Shown: piece by piece, positions 6,956 through 18,735 of the stretch
How positions within the stretch are numbered: the stretch's first letter is position 1
How the letters are laid out: the number at the start of each line of letters is the position of its first letter
Assembly: GCA_043228905.1 (NCBI GenBank)
Contig: JBHGNT010000500.1
Coordinates: 1 to 22,681 of the forward strand
Source: Azolla caroliniana
Lineage: Eukaryota; Plantae; Polypodiophyta
Reading direction: 5' to 3'
Length of the DNA stretch: 22,681 bases
Made by a program: the position numbers and the translations under genes
Notes under the pieces: model-generated
Database searches by the model: none
What the model was told of the DNA's origin: nothing
The model's input: only the letters and a program-made list of their open reading frames with translations

Positions 6956-9900
6956 GATCTGTACAGCCCATTAGTGGTTCCATTCCTTCCAAGCAAGTTA
7001 GCAATGTGTTCCTAGCCCAAGTCATTGTTAGTACTAAAAGTACTCCCCCAGTACCCGTCCTAGCACTTTTAGATTCCGGGGCTATGGATCGAAATTTTGC
7101 CCAAGCTTCTCAGATATCCTTAAGAAAACTTCCTTGTCCCGCATCTGTAGTGGTCATTGATGGTCGTCCCATTGCTTCCGGGAATATTGTAGAAGAATCA
7201 GAACCCATTCAAGTCACCGTCCCTATGACTGTCCCATCGATTTACAACCAGGAACCGAGCCACCATGGGGACCAATTTACAACTTGTCACCCACCGAGTT
7301 AGAAGTCCTTCGAGCCTACATAGAGGAGAGCTTGGCAAGCGGGTTCATCCGTCATTCGAAATCTCCGGCCGGTGCACCCATCTTCTTTGTCAAGAAGAAA
7401 GATGGCTCACTTCGTCTTGTCGTTGATTACCGCGGATTGAATAAAGTCACCATCCGGAATAGGTATGCACTTCCTCTTATATCAAGACTTTTAGAGCGAG
7501 TTAATGGTGCCAAGTTTTTTACTAAAATCGACCTACGAGGAGCGTATAATCTCGTGCGGATCCGACCGGGAGATGAGTGGAAGACCGCTTTTCGCACGCG
7601 GTATGGGCATTTCGAGTATACTGTTATGCCGTTTGGCCTAACCAATGCACCCGCAGTCTTCCAACACATGGCAAATGATATATTCAGAGACCTCTTGGAT
7701 ATCTGTTTGATCATTTATCTGGATGATTTGTTGATTTATTCGAAGACCCAGGAAGAGCACGATTCTCATGTACTATTAGTACTAAAGCGACTCCGCGAGA
7801 ATGGTCTTTATGCCAAGCTAGAGAAATGTAGCTTTGACTGCAAGCAAGTGGAATTTCTAGGCTACGTCATCTCCTCAAAGGGCATCGCCATGGATCCAGC
7901 TAAAATCCAAACTGTACTAGAGTGGCAAATTCCACGGTCGGTACGAGATGTACAATGTTTTCTAGGCTTTGCTAACTTCTACCGTAAGTTTATACAGGAT
8001 TACTCGAAGATTATTTTACCTCTCACACAACTTACGAAGAAGGGCCAAGCATTTCTTTGGTCCATCGAAGCAGATATGGCTTTTCGGCATCTTAAGAAAG
8101 CCTTTACATCAGCACCGATTCTAGCTCATGTGGATACAAGCAAACCATTCATCATGGAGGCCGACGCATCAGATTTCGCCCTCGGTAGCGTCCTTTCTCA
8201 ACAAGGCGATAAAGAAGAGTTGCATCCAGTGGCTTTCCATTCGCGCAAATTCAATGTCGCAGAAATCAACTACGAAATACATGACAAGGAGTTATTAGCC
8301 ATCGTGGATTCATTTGTACAATGGCGGCATTTCTTAGAGGGCTCTCCACATCAGGTCATTGTCTTTAGCGATCATAAAAATCTTGCTTATTTTCAGAACG
8401 CTCGCGTACTAAATCGACGACAAGCTCGGTGGGCACAATTCCTCACGCGTTTCAACTTCGAAATCACATATCGACCGGGGAAGCAGCAAGGAAAAGCAGA
8501 TGCACTATCACGGCGTTCATATCTTGCACCTCGTCCTGGTGACGCAACATTTGATAATCAAAAGCAAGTAATCTTGGGACCAACACGATTGCACACGACG
8601 CGGATTTTTCACACCCCGATGGATTCACGGATTACCGATGACATACGTGCAACCTTGAAGACGGATAGTTTTGCTCAAGACATCCTGGCGCACATTGATA
8701 CTTCTCGGGCATCCTGTTCTCAGTCTCAACAACCAGGTATTGACTACCGACAATTCGAATATCATGATGGTTTGTTATTCTTTAAAAAGCGCGTATATGT
8801 CCCCGATTGCTCCTGTCGCCTTCAAATCGTCCAACATTGTCACGACACCCATACGGCAGGACATTTCGGTAGTACCAAGACGTTGGAGTTAGTGCAGCGA
8901 TCTTTTTGGTGGCCCCACATGCGCCGTTTTGTCGACGACTACGTTCGGACCTGTGATGCTTGTTGCCGAGCAAAGATGCCACGACACCATCCATATGGCT
9001 TGTTGGAACCTTTACCAATTCCAAGTAAGCCATGGCAGTCTATTTGTCTTGATTTTATCACAGATCTGCCGGTCTCGAAGGGGTTCGATGCTATCCTAAC
9101 CGTCGTCGATCGATATACGAAGATGGCACATTTTGTGCCATGTACTAAAGCCATCACTAGCGAGGAAACCGCCGCTCTTGTTATGCGTGAGGTATTTCGG
9201 CATCATGGCCTACCAGACAGTATTATCAGTGACCGAGGCCCGCAATTTGTCTCCAAATTTTGGCAGCATCTCTTCAGGATGCTCAAGGTCTCCTGCAACC
9301 TCTCCTCCGGCTACCATCCTCAAACTGACGGACAGGCGGAACGAACAAACCAAACGTTGGAGCAATATCTCCGGTGTTTCCTGAGTTATCAACAGGACGA
9401 TTGGGCTGAGATTCTCCACTTTGCGGAGTTTGCGTATAATAATGCTATTCACTCCTCGACTCGGGTCTCCCCATTTCTCGCTTATACCGGTTTCCATCCT
9501 CGCTGGTCGGTGATCGACACTCCGGAGCTACCTACCAACCCTCGTGCCGAGGACCATTTGGAGAGGCTACGCAAGATCCAGATGGATCTCTCTACTCACC
9601 TTCGTCATGCTCAACACACACAGAAGACTTATGCGGATCGTCATCGGGATTCCCTCCTCTTTTGCCATCGGAGATCGAGTATGGCTCTTACGTCGTCACA
9701 TCAAGACTACTTGACCGTGCGACAAGTTGGATTATCGACGACTCGGTCCTTTCCGTATTATGGGGAAGATTAATGATGTCACCTTCCGCCTGGATCTCCC
9801 TCCGCAGCTTCAGATACATCCGGTTTTCCATTGTTCTCTTCTTGAACCTTATAAAGCAAACACCATTCCCGATCGTGTGACACCACCGCCGCCCCCGTTG

Positions 9901-10131
9901 GAGTTGGACGCCGGCCCGGAGTATGAAGTTGCTGCCATCCTCGATTCCAAACTTCTTCGCAACAAACTTTATTACTTGGTCGATTGGCTCGGTTATAGTC
10001 CGAGCGAACGTACTTGGGAACCCGTCGCGAATGTTGCCAATGCACAAGATCTTCTTGCTGATTTCCACCGAAAGTATCCGGACAAACCCGGTCCGCAATT
10101 AGCGCCGACTCGTTCCACTCGTCGTCTTTAA
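6910..10131 (+). pseudogene. pol: Pol (PR-RT-RNase H-integrase-chromodomain), unit 1; disrupted
   Basis: ALLDSGA protease, YLDD RT, DASD/EIHDKELLA RNase H, HHCC + DDE integrase, GPF motif and chromodomain. Lesions: frame break at 7214/7215, frameshift near 9647-9660, TGA at 9712-9714. RT to integrase core is open (ORF 7284..9773). Confidence 0.92.
9919..10068 (+). other. Chromodomain at the integrase C-terminus (copy at 14814-14963)
   Basis: EYEVAAILDSKLLRNKLYYLVDWLGYSPSERTWEPVANVANAQDLLADFH, with the Y...W..Y aromatic pattern and TWEP motif of classical chromodomains. Confidence 0.9.
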
Positions 10132-10142
10132 GGGGGAGATAG
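10130..10142 (+). promoter_or_regulatory. Polypurine tract, unit 1 (copy at 15025-15037)
   Basis: AAGGGGGAGATAG directly before the LTR TG. Confidence 0.88.
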
Positions 10143-10581
10143 TGTCATGGCAAGACTCGAACCCATGACTTTATGCTACATGGGTCGAGCTCTTACCATT
10201 AGATTATGAATTGTATTTTGTAGGATATTATTTTCATTTATACTTTATCATAGAAAATTGATGTATATTCCAGATCTCTCTGGAACATTCTAGAAGCTTC
10301 AGGATTATTCCTAAAAACACTATAAAAGGAGGCACAAGGCATTGTTTTGAACCAAATTGGTTCAACGCCAGTCTTAAGCCTCTTAGCCGCTTGTACTTAT
10401 CTTTTCACATAATATATAACCGCTGTCATCATCTCTCTCTCTCTCTCATTCTCGCTATCTCTCTCTCTCTCCTCTTCTCACTTCCTCTCTCGGGAATCTT
10501 ACGCAGTCCCATCCTCTTAGTACTAATAGTACTGTTGTTCTTAGTACTAATTCCATCTCTGTTTTAGTACAATTCCTGACA
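10143..10581 (+). repeat. Chromovirus LTR 2 (shared central LTR)
   Basis: Preceded by a PPT and followed by a PBS. It matches LTR 1 at both positions that differ in LTR 3 (10535 T, 10571 A). Confidence 0.96.
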
Positions 10582-10650
10582 GTTTGAACCAATTTTTTCC
10601 TCTAGCCTACTTGTCACTCTCCCTTATCCTCCTACCCTTTTCCCTATACT

Positions 10651-11808
10651 ATGGCTACTGTTAGCGCCCAAGAATACCAATCTGTTTTCTCCGAGCTACA
10701 GTGCCTAAAAGAAAAGTTTGTTGCCCTGGAACAAGAAAACCAACGGCTGATAGGGGATCTGCAACAAATCGCTCTGGAAAAACAACAAACGCAACAACAA
10801 CATGGGGAGTTAGCGTTACGGGTACAACAACTCGAAGCAGCGTTGCAACAACAAGGATCCAGTCCCCAAGGATTTCATAAAGAGCCCAAGATTGGACTTC
10901 TTGTGAAATTTGATGGAACGCGTTCGCAATTCCGAGGATTCCTTAATCAGGTACGCTTAGTCATCCAGATGCATCCTTCCCGATATCCCACTGATGCATC
11001 TCGAGTCGGCCTAATAGGCACGCTACTTAGCGGCTCAGCCTTGGCATGGTTTGCTCCGCTTCTAGAAAAACAATCACCCTTACTTAATAACTTTGAAGAT
11101 TTTATTGGTGAGTTTAAAGCCTGCTTTGGAGACACCGACAGCATCAGGACGGCGATCAACAAGATCCGGCGATTGCGTCAAGGCGATCGTCCAGCCTTTG
11201 CCTACGCGGCGGATTTCCGCCTACTTGCTTCAGATATACCCTGGGATGATCAAGCACTAATGGAGCAGTTTCGCTATGGCTTGCGAAACGATGTCAAAGA
11301 TCTACTTCTAACTTTCCCCGAAGAACCAAAGTCTCTTACGGAGGCAATCAGTCGAGCAGTTCGATGTGACAACCGCCTTTTTGAACGGCGTTCAGAACGT
11401 CAATTACAGATACCACGCCCTAGGCCAGAGCCCACTTACGCCGCAGTCGCGGCTAAACCGTTTGCACGAGACATACCTCAAGCAAATACTTCGACACCGA
11501 TGGAGATCGATACCATGCGTCGACGCGGCCCGTTATCGGAAGAAGAAAAGCAACGACGACGTGCCAATCGATTATGTCTTTATTGCGGTGGACCAGGACA
11601 TATCGCCATCAATTGTCCCCATAGGCCAAGAAGACAGGTAAATCAAATCGTCGCCTGTACTAAACCCGAGTCAATTCTTCCCTTCGGAGTGTCTGATAGT
11701 ATTAATAGTACTAATAGAGTGTTAGATAGTGTTCATAGTACTAATAGCCCAAGTATCTCAAATAAATTTGAAATCCTTAGTCAATTAGATGAAGAGTTAA
11801 ACGATTGA
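10651..11808 (+). CDS. gag: Gag, 385 aa, unit 2
   Basis: Translation identical to 5756..6913, offset 4895. Confidence 0.92.
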   Translation: MATVSAQEYQSVFSELQCLKEKFVALEQENQRLIGDLQQIALEKQQTQQQHGELALRVQQLEAALQQQGSSPQGFHKEPKIGLLVKFDGTRSQFRGFLNQVRLVIQMHPSRYPTDASRVGLIGTLLSGSALAWFAPLLEKQSPLLNNFEDFIGEFKACFGDTDSIRTAINKIRRLRQGDRPAFAYAADFRLLASDIPWDDQALMEQFRYGLRNDVKDLLLTFPEEPKSLTEAISRAVRCDNRLFERRSERQLQIPRPRPEPTYAAVAAKPFARDIPQANTSTPMEIDTMRRRGPLSEEEKQRRRANRLCLYCGGPGHIAINCPHRPRRQVNQIVACTKPESILPFGVSDSINSTNRVLDSVHSTNSPSISNKFEILSQLDEELND

Positions 11809-14800
11809 GTCCAGCCAAAATAGGAGCCATTTGGTTGGACAGCAGCCCTAGATCTGTACAGCCCATTAGTGGTTCCATTCCTTCCAAGCAAGTTAGCAAT
11901 GTGTTCCTAGCCCAAGTCATTGTTAGTACTAAAAGTACTCCCCCAGTACCCGTCCTAGCACTTTTAGATTCCGGGGCTATGGATCGAAATTTTGCCCAAG
12001 CTTCTCAGATATCCTTAAGAAAACTTCCTTGTCCCGCATCTGTAGTGGTCATTGATGGTCGTCCCATTGCTTCCGGGAATATTGTAGAAGAATCAGAACC
12101 CATTCAAGTCACCGTCCCTATGACTGTCCCATCGATTTACAACCAGGAACCGAGCCACCATGGGGACCAATTTACAACTTGTCACCCACCGAGTTAGAAG
12201 TCCTTCGAGCCTACATAGAGGAGAGCTTGGCAAGCGGGTTCATCCGTCATTCGAAATCTCCGGCCGGTGCACCCATCTTCTTTGTCAAGAAGAAAGATGG
12301 CTCACTTCGTCTTGTCGTTGATTACCGCGGATTGAATAAAGTCACCATCCGGAATAGGTATGCACTTCCTCTTATATCAAGACTTTTAGAGCGAGTTAAT
12401 GGTGCCAAGTTTTTTACTAAAATCGACCTACGAGGAGCGTATAATCTCGTGCGGATCCGACCGGGAGATGAGTGGAAGACCGCTTTTCGCACGCGGTATG
12501 GGCATTTCGAGTATACTGTTATGCCGTTTGGCCTAACCAATGCACCCGCAGTCTTCCAACACATGGCAAATGATATATTCAGAGACCTCTTGGATATCTG
12601 TTTGATCATTTATCTGGATGATTTGTTGATTTATTCGAAGACCCAGGAAGAGCACGATTCTCATGTACTATTAGTACTAAAGCGACTCCGCGAGAATGGT
12701 CTTTATGCCAAGCTAGAGAAATGTAGCTTTGACTGCAAGCAAGTGGAATTTCTAGGCTACGTCATCTCCTCAAAGGGCATCGCCATGGATCCAGCTAAAA
12801 TCCAAACTGTACTAGAGTGGCAAATTCCACGGTCGGTACGAGATGTACAATGTTTTCTAGGCTTTGCTAACTTCTACCGTAAGTTTATACAGGATTACTC
12901 GAAGATTATTTTACCTCTCACACAACTTACGAAGAAGGGCCAAGCATTTCTTTGGTCCATCGAAGCAGATATGGCTTTTCGGCATCTTAAGAAAGCCTTT
13001 ACATCAGCACCGATTCTAGCTCATGTGGATACAAGCAAACCATTCATCATGGAGGCCGACGCATCAGATTTCGCCCTCGGTAGCGTCCTTTCTCAACAAG
13101 GCGATAAAGAAGAGTTGCATCCAGTGGCTTTCCATTCGCGCAAATTCAATGTCGCAGAAATCAACTACGAAATACATGACAAGGAGTTATTAGCCATCGT
13201 GGATTCATTTGTACAATGGCGGCATTTCTTAGAGGGCTCTCCACATCAGGTCATTGTCTTTAGCGATCATAAAAATCTTGCTTATTTTCAGAACGCTCGC
13301 GTACTAAATCGACGACAAGCTCGGTGGGCACAATTCCTCACGCGTTTCAACTTCGAAATCACATATCGACCGGGGAAGCAGCAAGGAAAAGCAGATGCAC
13401 TATCACGGCGTTCATATCTTGCACCTCGTCCTGGTGACGCAACATTTGATAATCAAAAGCAAGTAATCTTGGGACCAACACGATTGCACACGACGCGGAT
13501 TTTTCACACCCCGATGGATTCACGGATTACCGATGACATACGTGCAACCTTGAAGACGGATAGTTTTGCTCAAGACATCCTGGCGCACATTGATACTTCT
13601 CGGGCATCCTGTTCTCAGTCTCAACAACCAGGTATTGACTACCGACAATTCGAATATCATGATGGTTTGTTATTCTTTAAAAAGCGCGTATATGTCCCCG
13701 ATTGCTCCTGTCGCCTTCAAATCGTCCAACATTGTCACGACACCCATACGGCAGGACATTTCGGTAGTACCAAGACGTTGGAGTTAGTGCAGCGATCTTT
13801 TTGGTGGCCCCACATGCGCCGTTTTGTCGACGACTACGTTCGGACCTGTGATGCTTGTTGCCGAGCAAAGATGCCACGACACCATCCATATGGCTTGTTG
13901 GAACCTTTACCAATTCCAAGTAAGCCATGGCAGTCTATTTGTCTTGATTTTATCACAGATCTGCCGGTCTCGAAGGGGTTCGATGCTATCCTAACCGTCG
14001 TCGATCGATATACGAAGATGGCACATTTTGTGCCATGTACTAAAGCCATCACTAGCGAGGAAACCGCCGCTCTTGTTATGCGTGAGGTATTTCGGCATCA
14101 TGGCCTACCAGACAGTATTATCAGTGACCGAGGCCCGCAATTTGTCTCCAAATTTTGGCAGCATCTCTTCAGGATGCTCAAGGTCTCCTGCAACCTCTCC
14201 TCCGGCTACCATCCTCAAACTGACGGACAGGCGGAACGAACAAACCAAACGTTGGAGCAATATCTCCGGTGTTTCCTGAGTTATCAACAGGACGATTGGG
14301 CTGAGATTCTCCACTTTGCGGAGTTTGCGTATAATAATGCTATTCACTCCTCGACTCGGGTCTCCCCATTTCTCGCTTATACCGGTTTCCATCCTCGCTG
14401 GTCGGTGATCGACACTCCGGAGCTACCTACCAACCCTCGTGCCGAGGACCATTTGGAGAGGCTACGCAAGATCCAGATGGATCTCTCTACTCACCTTCGT
14501 CATGCTCAACACACACAGAAGACTTATGCGGATCGTCATCGGGATTCCCTCCTCTTTTGCCATCGGAGATCGAGTATGGCTCTTACGTCGTCACATCAAG
14601 ACTACTTGACCGTGCGACAAGTTGGATTATCGACGACTCGGTCCTTTCCGTATTATGGGGAAGATTAATGATGTCACCTTCCGCCTGGATCTCCCTCCGC
14701 AGCTTCAGATACATCCGGTTTTCCATTGTTCTCTTCTTGAACCTTATAAAGCAAACACCATTCCCGATCGTGTGACACCACCGCCGCCCCCGTTGGAGTT

Positions 14801-15026
14801 GGACGCCGGCCCGGAGTATGAAGTTGCTGCCATCCTCGATTCCAAACTTCTTCGCAACAAACTTTATTACTTGGTCGATTGGCTCGGTTATAGTCCGAGC
14901 GAACGTACTTGGGAACCCGTCGCGAATGTTGCCAATGCACAAGATCTTCTTGCTGATTTCCACCGAAAGTATCCGGACAAACCCGGTCCGCAATTAGCGC
15001 CGACTCGTTCCACTCGTCGTCTTTAA
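11805..15026 (+). pseudogene. pol: Pol, unit 2; same disruptions as unit 1
   Basis: ORF track translations are identical to unit 1 in all listed frames at offset 4895. Confidence 0.92.
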
Positions 15027-15037
15027 GGGGGAGATAG

Positions 15038-15476
15038 TGTCATGGCAAGACTCGAACCCATGACTTTATGCTACATGGGTCGAGCTCTTACCATTAGATT
15101 ATGAATTGTATTTTGTAGGATATTATTTTCATTTATACTTTATCATAGAAAATTGATGTATATTCCAGATCTCTCTGGAACATTCTAGAAGCTTCAGGAT
15201 TATTCCTAAAAACACTATAAAAGGAGGCACAAGGCATTGTTTTGAACCAAATTGGTTCAACGCCAGTCTTAAGCCTCTTAGCCGCTTGTACTTATCTTTT
15301 CACATAATATATAACCGCTGTCATCATCTCTCTCTCTCTCTCATTCTCGCTATCTCTCTCTCTCTCCTCTTCTCACTTCCTCTCTCGGGAATCTTACGCA
15401 GTCCCATCCTCTTAGTACTAATAGTACTGCTGTTCTTAGTACTAATTCCATCTCTGTTTTAGTACTATTCCTGACA
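15038..15476 (+). repeat. Chromovirus LTR 3 (3' LTR)
   Basis: Differs from LTR 1 and LTR 2 at 15430 (C vs T) and 15466 (T vs A). Followed by TSD GCTTT. Confidence 0.96.
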
Positions 15477-17376
15477 GCTTTGGTATGCTCCGGTTTCCAT
15501 TCAAACTTCTTCCCCTTCCACAACAAGTGATAGAGTGGGTCCGCTATGTGTGCATAGTGCGGAATCCATATATGGTAAAATGCGCATGCCCCAAGAAATC
15601 TACGGACTTCAGATTGCGACTCGCATATCAGTTTCATAGCATGTATCGCATCGACCTTGGTTGGTGACGGTCTTCGGCCGTAGGGCCCACATAGATGTTC
15701 GACTACCAATATCTCTTCTTGCCCGAATGCCAATTTCTCTCCAGAAAGTGTTAGGTGCACATCTTCTAACTTTCGTAGCACTTTCTCGCAATCGCGAATA
15801 TGGTCGACTACGAACTATCGGCATCCCCAATCATCCTTAGTCTCATCTTTTTCTTCCACCGCGCATCCTTTAATCGGAACCGTAAACCATCAATTTGAGT
15901 ACAAAGAATTTGATGGCTCTAGAATCCCCATTGCCACCCTCTCCTTGAGCAAGTTGATGATTTTGGGAATATGCGCCCGTGGCACCAGAATCGGCTTCAT
16001 GTTCCACAGCACATGGTCAATAGTGAAGATCACCATCGGCTCCACTATCTTCGGGTCAGCGCATCCTATTTCTTTCGATGTAAATGCAAATGCTCTCCCA
16101 TGTTGCTCTAGCATCCCACGGAATCGTTCTTCTTCATTCTTTAATAGGAATCCACCTCCACCGATCCAAAGTTTCTTCCGGGTCTCATCCGTGAAGGCAT
16201 GTTCAATATCCATGGACTTCCGAAGTATCGGATCCCCCGAGACTTCTTTCCTCTTTTGTTCACTATCGGCGGGTAACGGTCCCGCGGCCAGTTTCACTTT
16301 CTTCTCCACGGTCTTGTATTTCATACTTACCATTGCTTCATCTTAGCAATGATGAAGCAATGATCTCATACATCTCAACCGATTGCACCGGGACTACCCG
16401 GTCTCCCTGGCTTGTATCTTCCACGAGCTCTTTAAGCCGTTGTAGCGTGCTCCCATAGAACACTTCTTCGATTATTCCCACGATTTCTTCGTCTTCTTTT
16501 ATTATTGATGTTGATCGTAACTTATCCTCCACTTTTCGGTATTCTTTCTTCATTCCTCCGGTTACGGTCGTGTACGTAGATACCCCATCCGAACCGATTC
16601 GTACTTGTCTTGCTCCGAGAATTTTCTTCCTGTGTGGGGTATCAAGGTTTTCCGGACTATCACTTCCCCACTCCGCAACAGTCCGCTCTAAAAATCCATC
16701 CTTGTTGGGACAAGAGCTCTCTCTTGTTCCTTTCATGATTTTCCGGCACTGTTAGGAATTGGACAAATTTCCCTCCGTTTTGGCTCCGAATTCATGCAAA
16801 AGGCACACCGCTATCGAGCACCTTCGTCTCCATCCATGAAGCCGTGATAAAGGGTTGCCCGAGGATCACGGAGTGTGAGACCTCGTCTCATATGAAGAAA
16901 TGTTGGTCGATCTCGACATGCCCGATCTTCACCATCACATCCGAACAAGCCGCAAATAGATCTTCCGTTGCTTTAGTGGCCGCCCAGATCTTCCATCCAT
17001 TATTGGTGTTAATAGGCCACTTCCCCTTCCGGTAGAACTCCTTAGACATCAAATTGATCTCTGATCCGTGATCAATCAATGCTAGCATAGGCTCTTTGAT
17101 GTTGCTGATTCGGATTGGAGTCTCGGTAGTTGCACGCGCCCATTGTGGCTTTGTATAGTGGGAATTCAGAATCTCCTCCTCCACTTCTGTGTCGTTCATC
17201 AGAACGGTATTTGCATTCACCATCGGTGCATTTTCCACCGTAGTTTGTCTTTTTCTTTTCACGAGATCCACAAGAAGATCATGGAACTCCTTTTTTGCTA
17301 TTTCGAGTAGTTCTCGAAGCGAAAATTCTACCTGGCTATCGAGGATTCTCTCCTCGAACAGCTTTTTCAAGTTCAT
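15477..17376 (-). pseudogene. pol: Gypsy pol 5' part: aspartic protease and RT with core deletion
   Basis: ALIDHGSEINLM (protease); LLKERVAMGILEPSNSLYSN*WFTVP (RT start); EVRRFLGACAFYHIWIPHYAHIADPLY (RT thumb). There are multiple stops and no xDD motif. Confidence 0.88.
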
Positions 17377-17399
17377 TTGTTGTTCGATGTTCGAGGCAA

Positions 17400-18712
17400 G
17401 CTTGAATGCCGGAATTTTCTTTTATTTTCCCTTCCCTCCAGAGTTCCAACTTTCCGGTGCGCCGCCATTTCTCGTCTACATACACTTCATGCAATTGACA
17501 TAGCGCATGTACGCTATTCTTGTCTACGGGGCACTCTCATGCCGTAGCTTCCCTGATACATTCCGCGGCGTTTCAGATTTCATCATGGTCAGCTTTTTCG
17601 AAATTTCTAGCACTTCCGGACAAAAAGACGCCTTTGCTCCAGATGACTCCCCCACATGTATTCCCGCGGTTGTCGCATAATTGTTTTTCGTCGCGATCTC
17701 CTCCTCTAGGACCTTCTTCATGCCGCCTTTTCGGAAGTTTGGTCGGAGTGGCTTCCGAGAGTCCATTGAATGAATCGGATTTCCCTCATAGTAGATAAGA
17801 TCCCTTCGTAGCGCTTCCTTGTGCTCGTTGTAATCCCTTCGATCATGTTCGGTGCTATCGCACCATATGGACCGACGGTCCATATACTTGGAACTTGTGG
17901 GACGGTCATCTGACTTCTTCACCATCGTGATTTTTAGATTCTCCATCTCCTTCAGCAACTGCTCCACCGTAGTTGCATCAATTCCCTTCTCGGTCGTAGC
18001 TTCCCAAGCCCGCGGTTGATGGTCTTCCGATCCGGATCTCGGTTTCGGAATCGGTTCTGAAACCCTCTTTTCTTCGTTGGCAAGCCATTGCCCCCTCTTT
18101 ATCTATCTCATGACGATATCCCGTGCTCTTTCGCAGGTTTCAGTGAGGCCACTCTCGGTAGTCGTGTCCTAGCAGCACTCCAAGATCCTTCCGGTCTCGG
18201 ATGTCTACGGCCCATAAGAACATGATAACTTTGTCCGGTGCAAGGATAGCTTGATCTCTCACGAACAACCTCCCGAACCGACTTTCAAATAACGAAAACA
18301 CATTGAGGACCTTCATCCCCTTGTTCGACGTTTCCACCCAATCCTCCAATCCTCTCTGCGTTGCCTTGGAAGAGTCCTTGATAACAAACGTGGTCTTTAG
18401 CGCCTCTTCAAACGCTTCCCACATCGGATTTTGTTGTCGTAGCCCATGGATACTTGCTTGAAGCCCGTCGGTAGCCACCCGGTTGAAATATGTCACTTGT
18501 AGTTCTTCCAAAATCCCGCACCGTAGCATTTCCGCCTTGTAGTCCCGAAGATAGCGTAATACTTCTTTTCCGTTGAATTGCTCGATCCGTTGCACGAGCC
18601 GCTCTACTGCCGCCGCTATCTCCGACATCGCACGTTGTTCTTGAAGCATCCGCTCGAACATCATCATCATGTTGTTAGCCTCCAGTTGATTTTCCATCTC
18701 CTTGCCACCCAT
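17400..18712 (-). pseudogene. gag: Gypsy gag, fragmented
   Basis: ORFs 18140..18718 (QFNGKEVLRYLRDY) and 17524..17967 with a degenerate knuckle SIWCDSTEHDRRDY. The ATG at 18712 follows the PBS. The lower boundary is approximate. Confidence 0.8.
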
Positions 18713-18713
18713 G

Positions 18714-18731
18714 TTCACGTCGGGTTCACCA
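18714..18731 (-). promoter_or_regulatory. Primer-binding site complementary to tRNA-Trp
   Basis: TGGTGAACCCGACGTGAA, 4 nt from the LTR. Its complement TTCACGTCGGGTTCACCA matches the plant cytosolic tRNA-Trp 3' end as I recall it. Confidence 0.85.
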
Positions 18732-18735
18732 AATG

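Larger units (their letters stand above)
5248..15476 (+). mobile_element. Tcn1/Tf1-like chromovirus (Ty3/gypsy), tandem dimer LTR-internal-LTR-internal-LTR with a single TSD
   Basis: Three 439-bp LTRs at 4895-bp period and TSD GCTTT at 5243-5247 and 15477-15481. Removing the insert restores the host gypsy frame (EHTKA|VKKLK). Domain order is gag-PR-RT-RH-INT-chromodomain. Confidence 0.96.

Noticed and set aside
6052-14993. Numerous short antisense and alternative-frame ORFs within the chromovirus
   Set aside because: These are shadow ORFs of gag/pol with no motifs; their duplication only reflects the tandem repeat.
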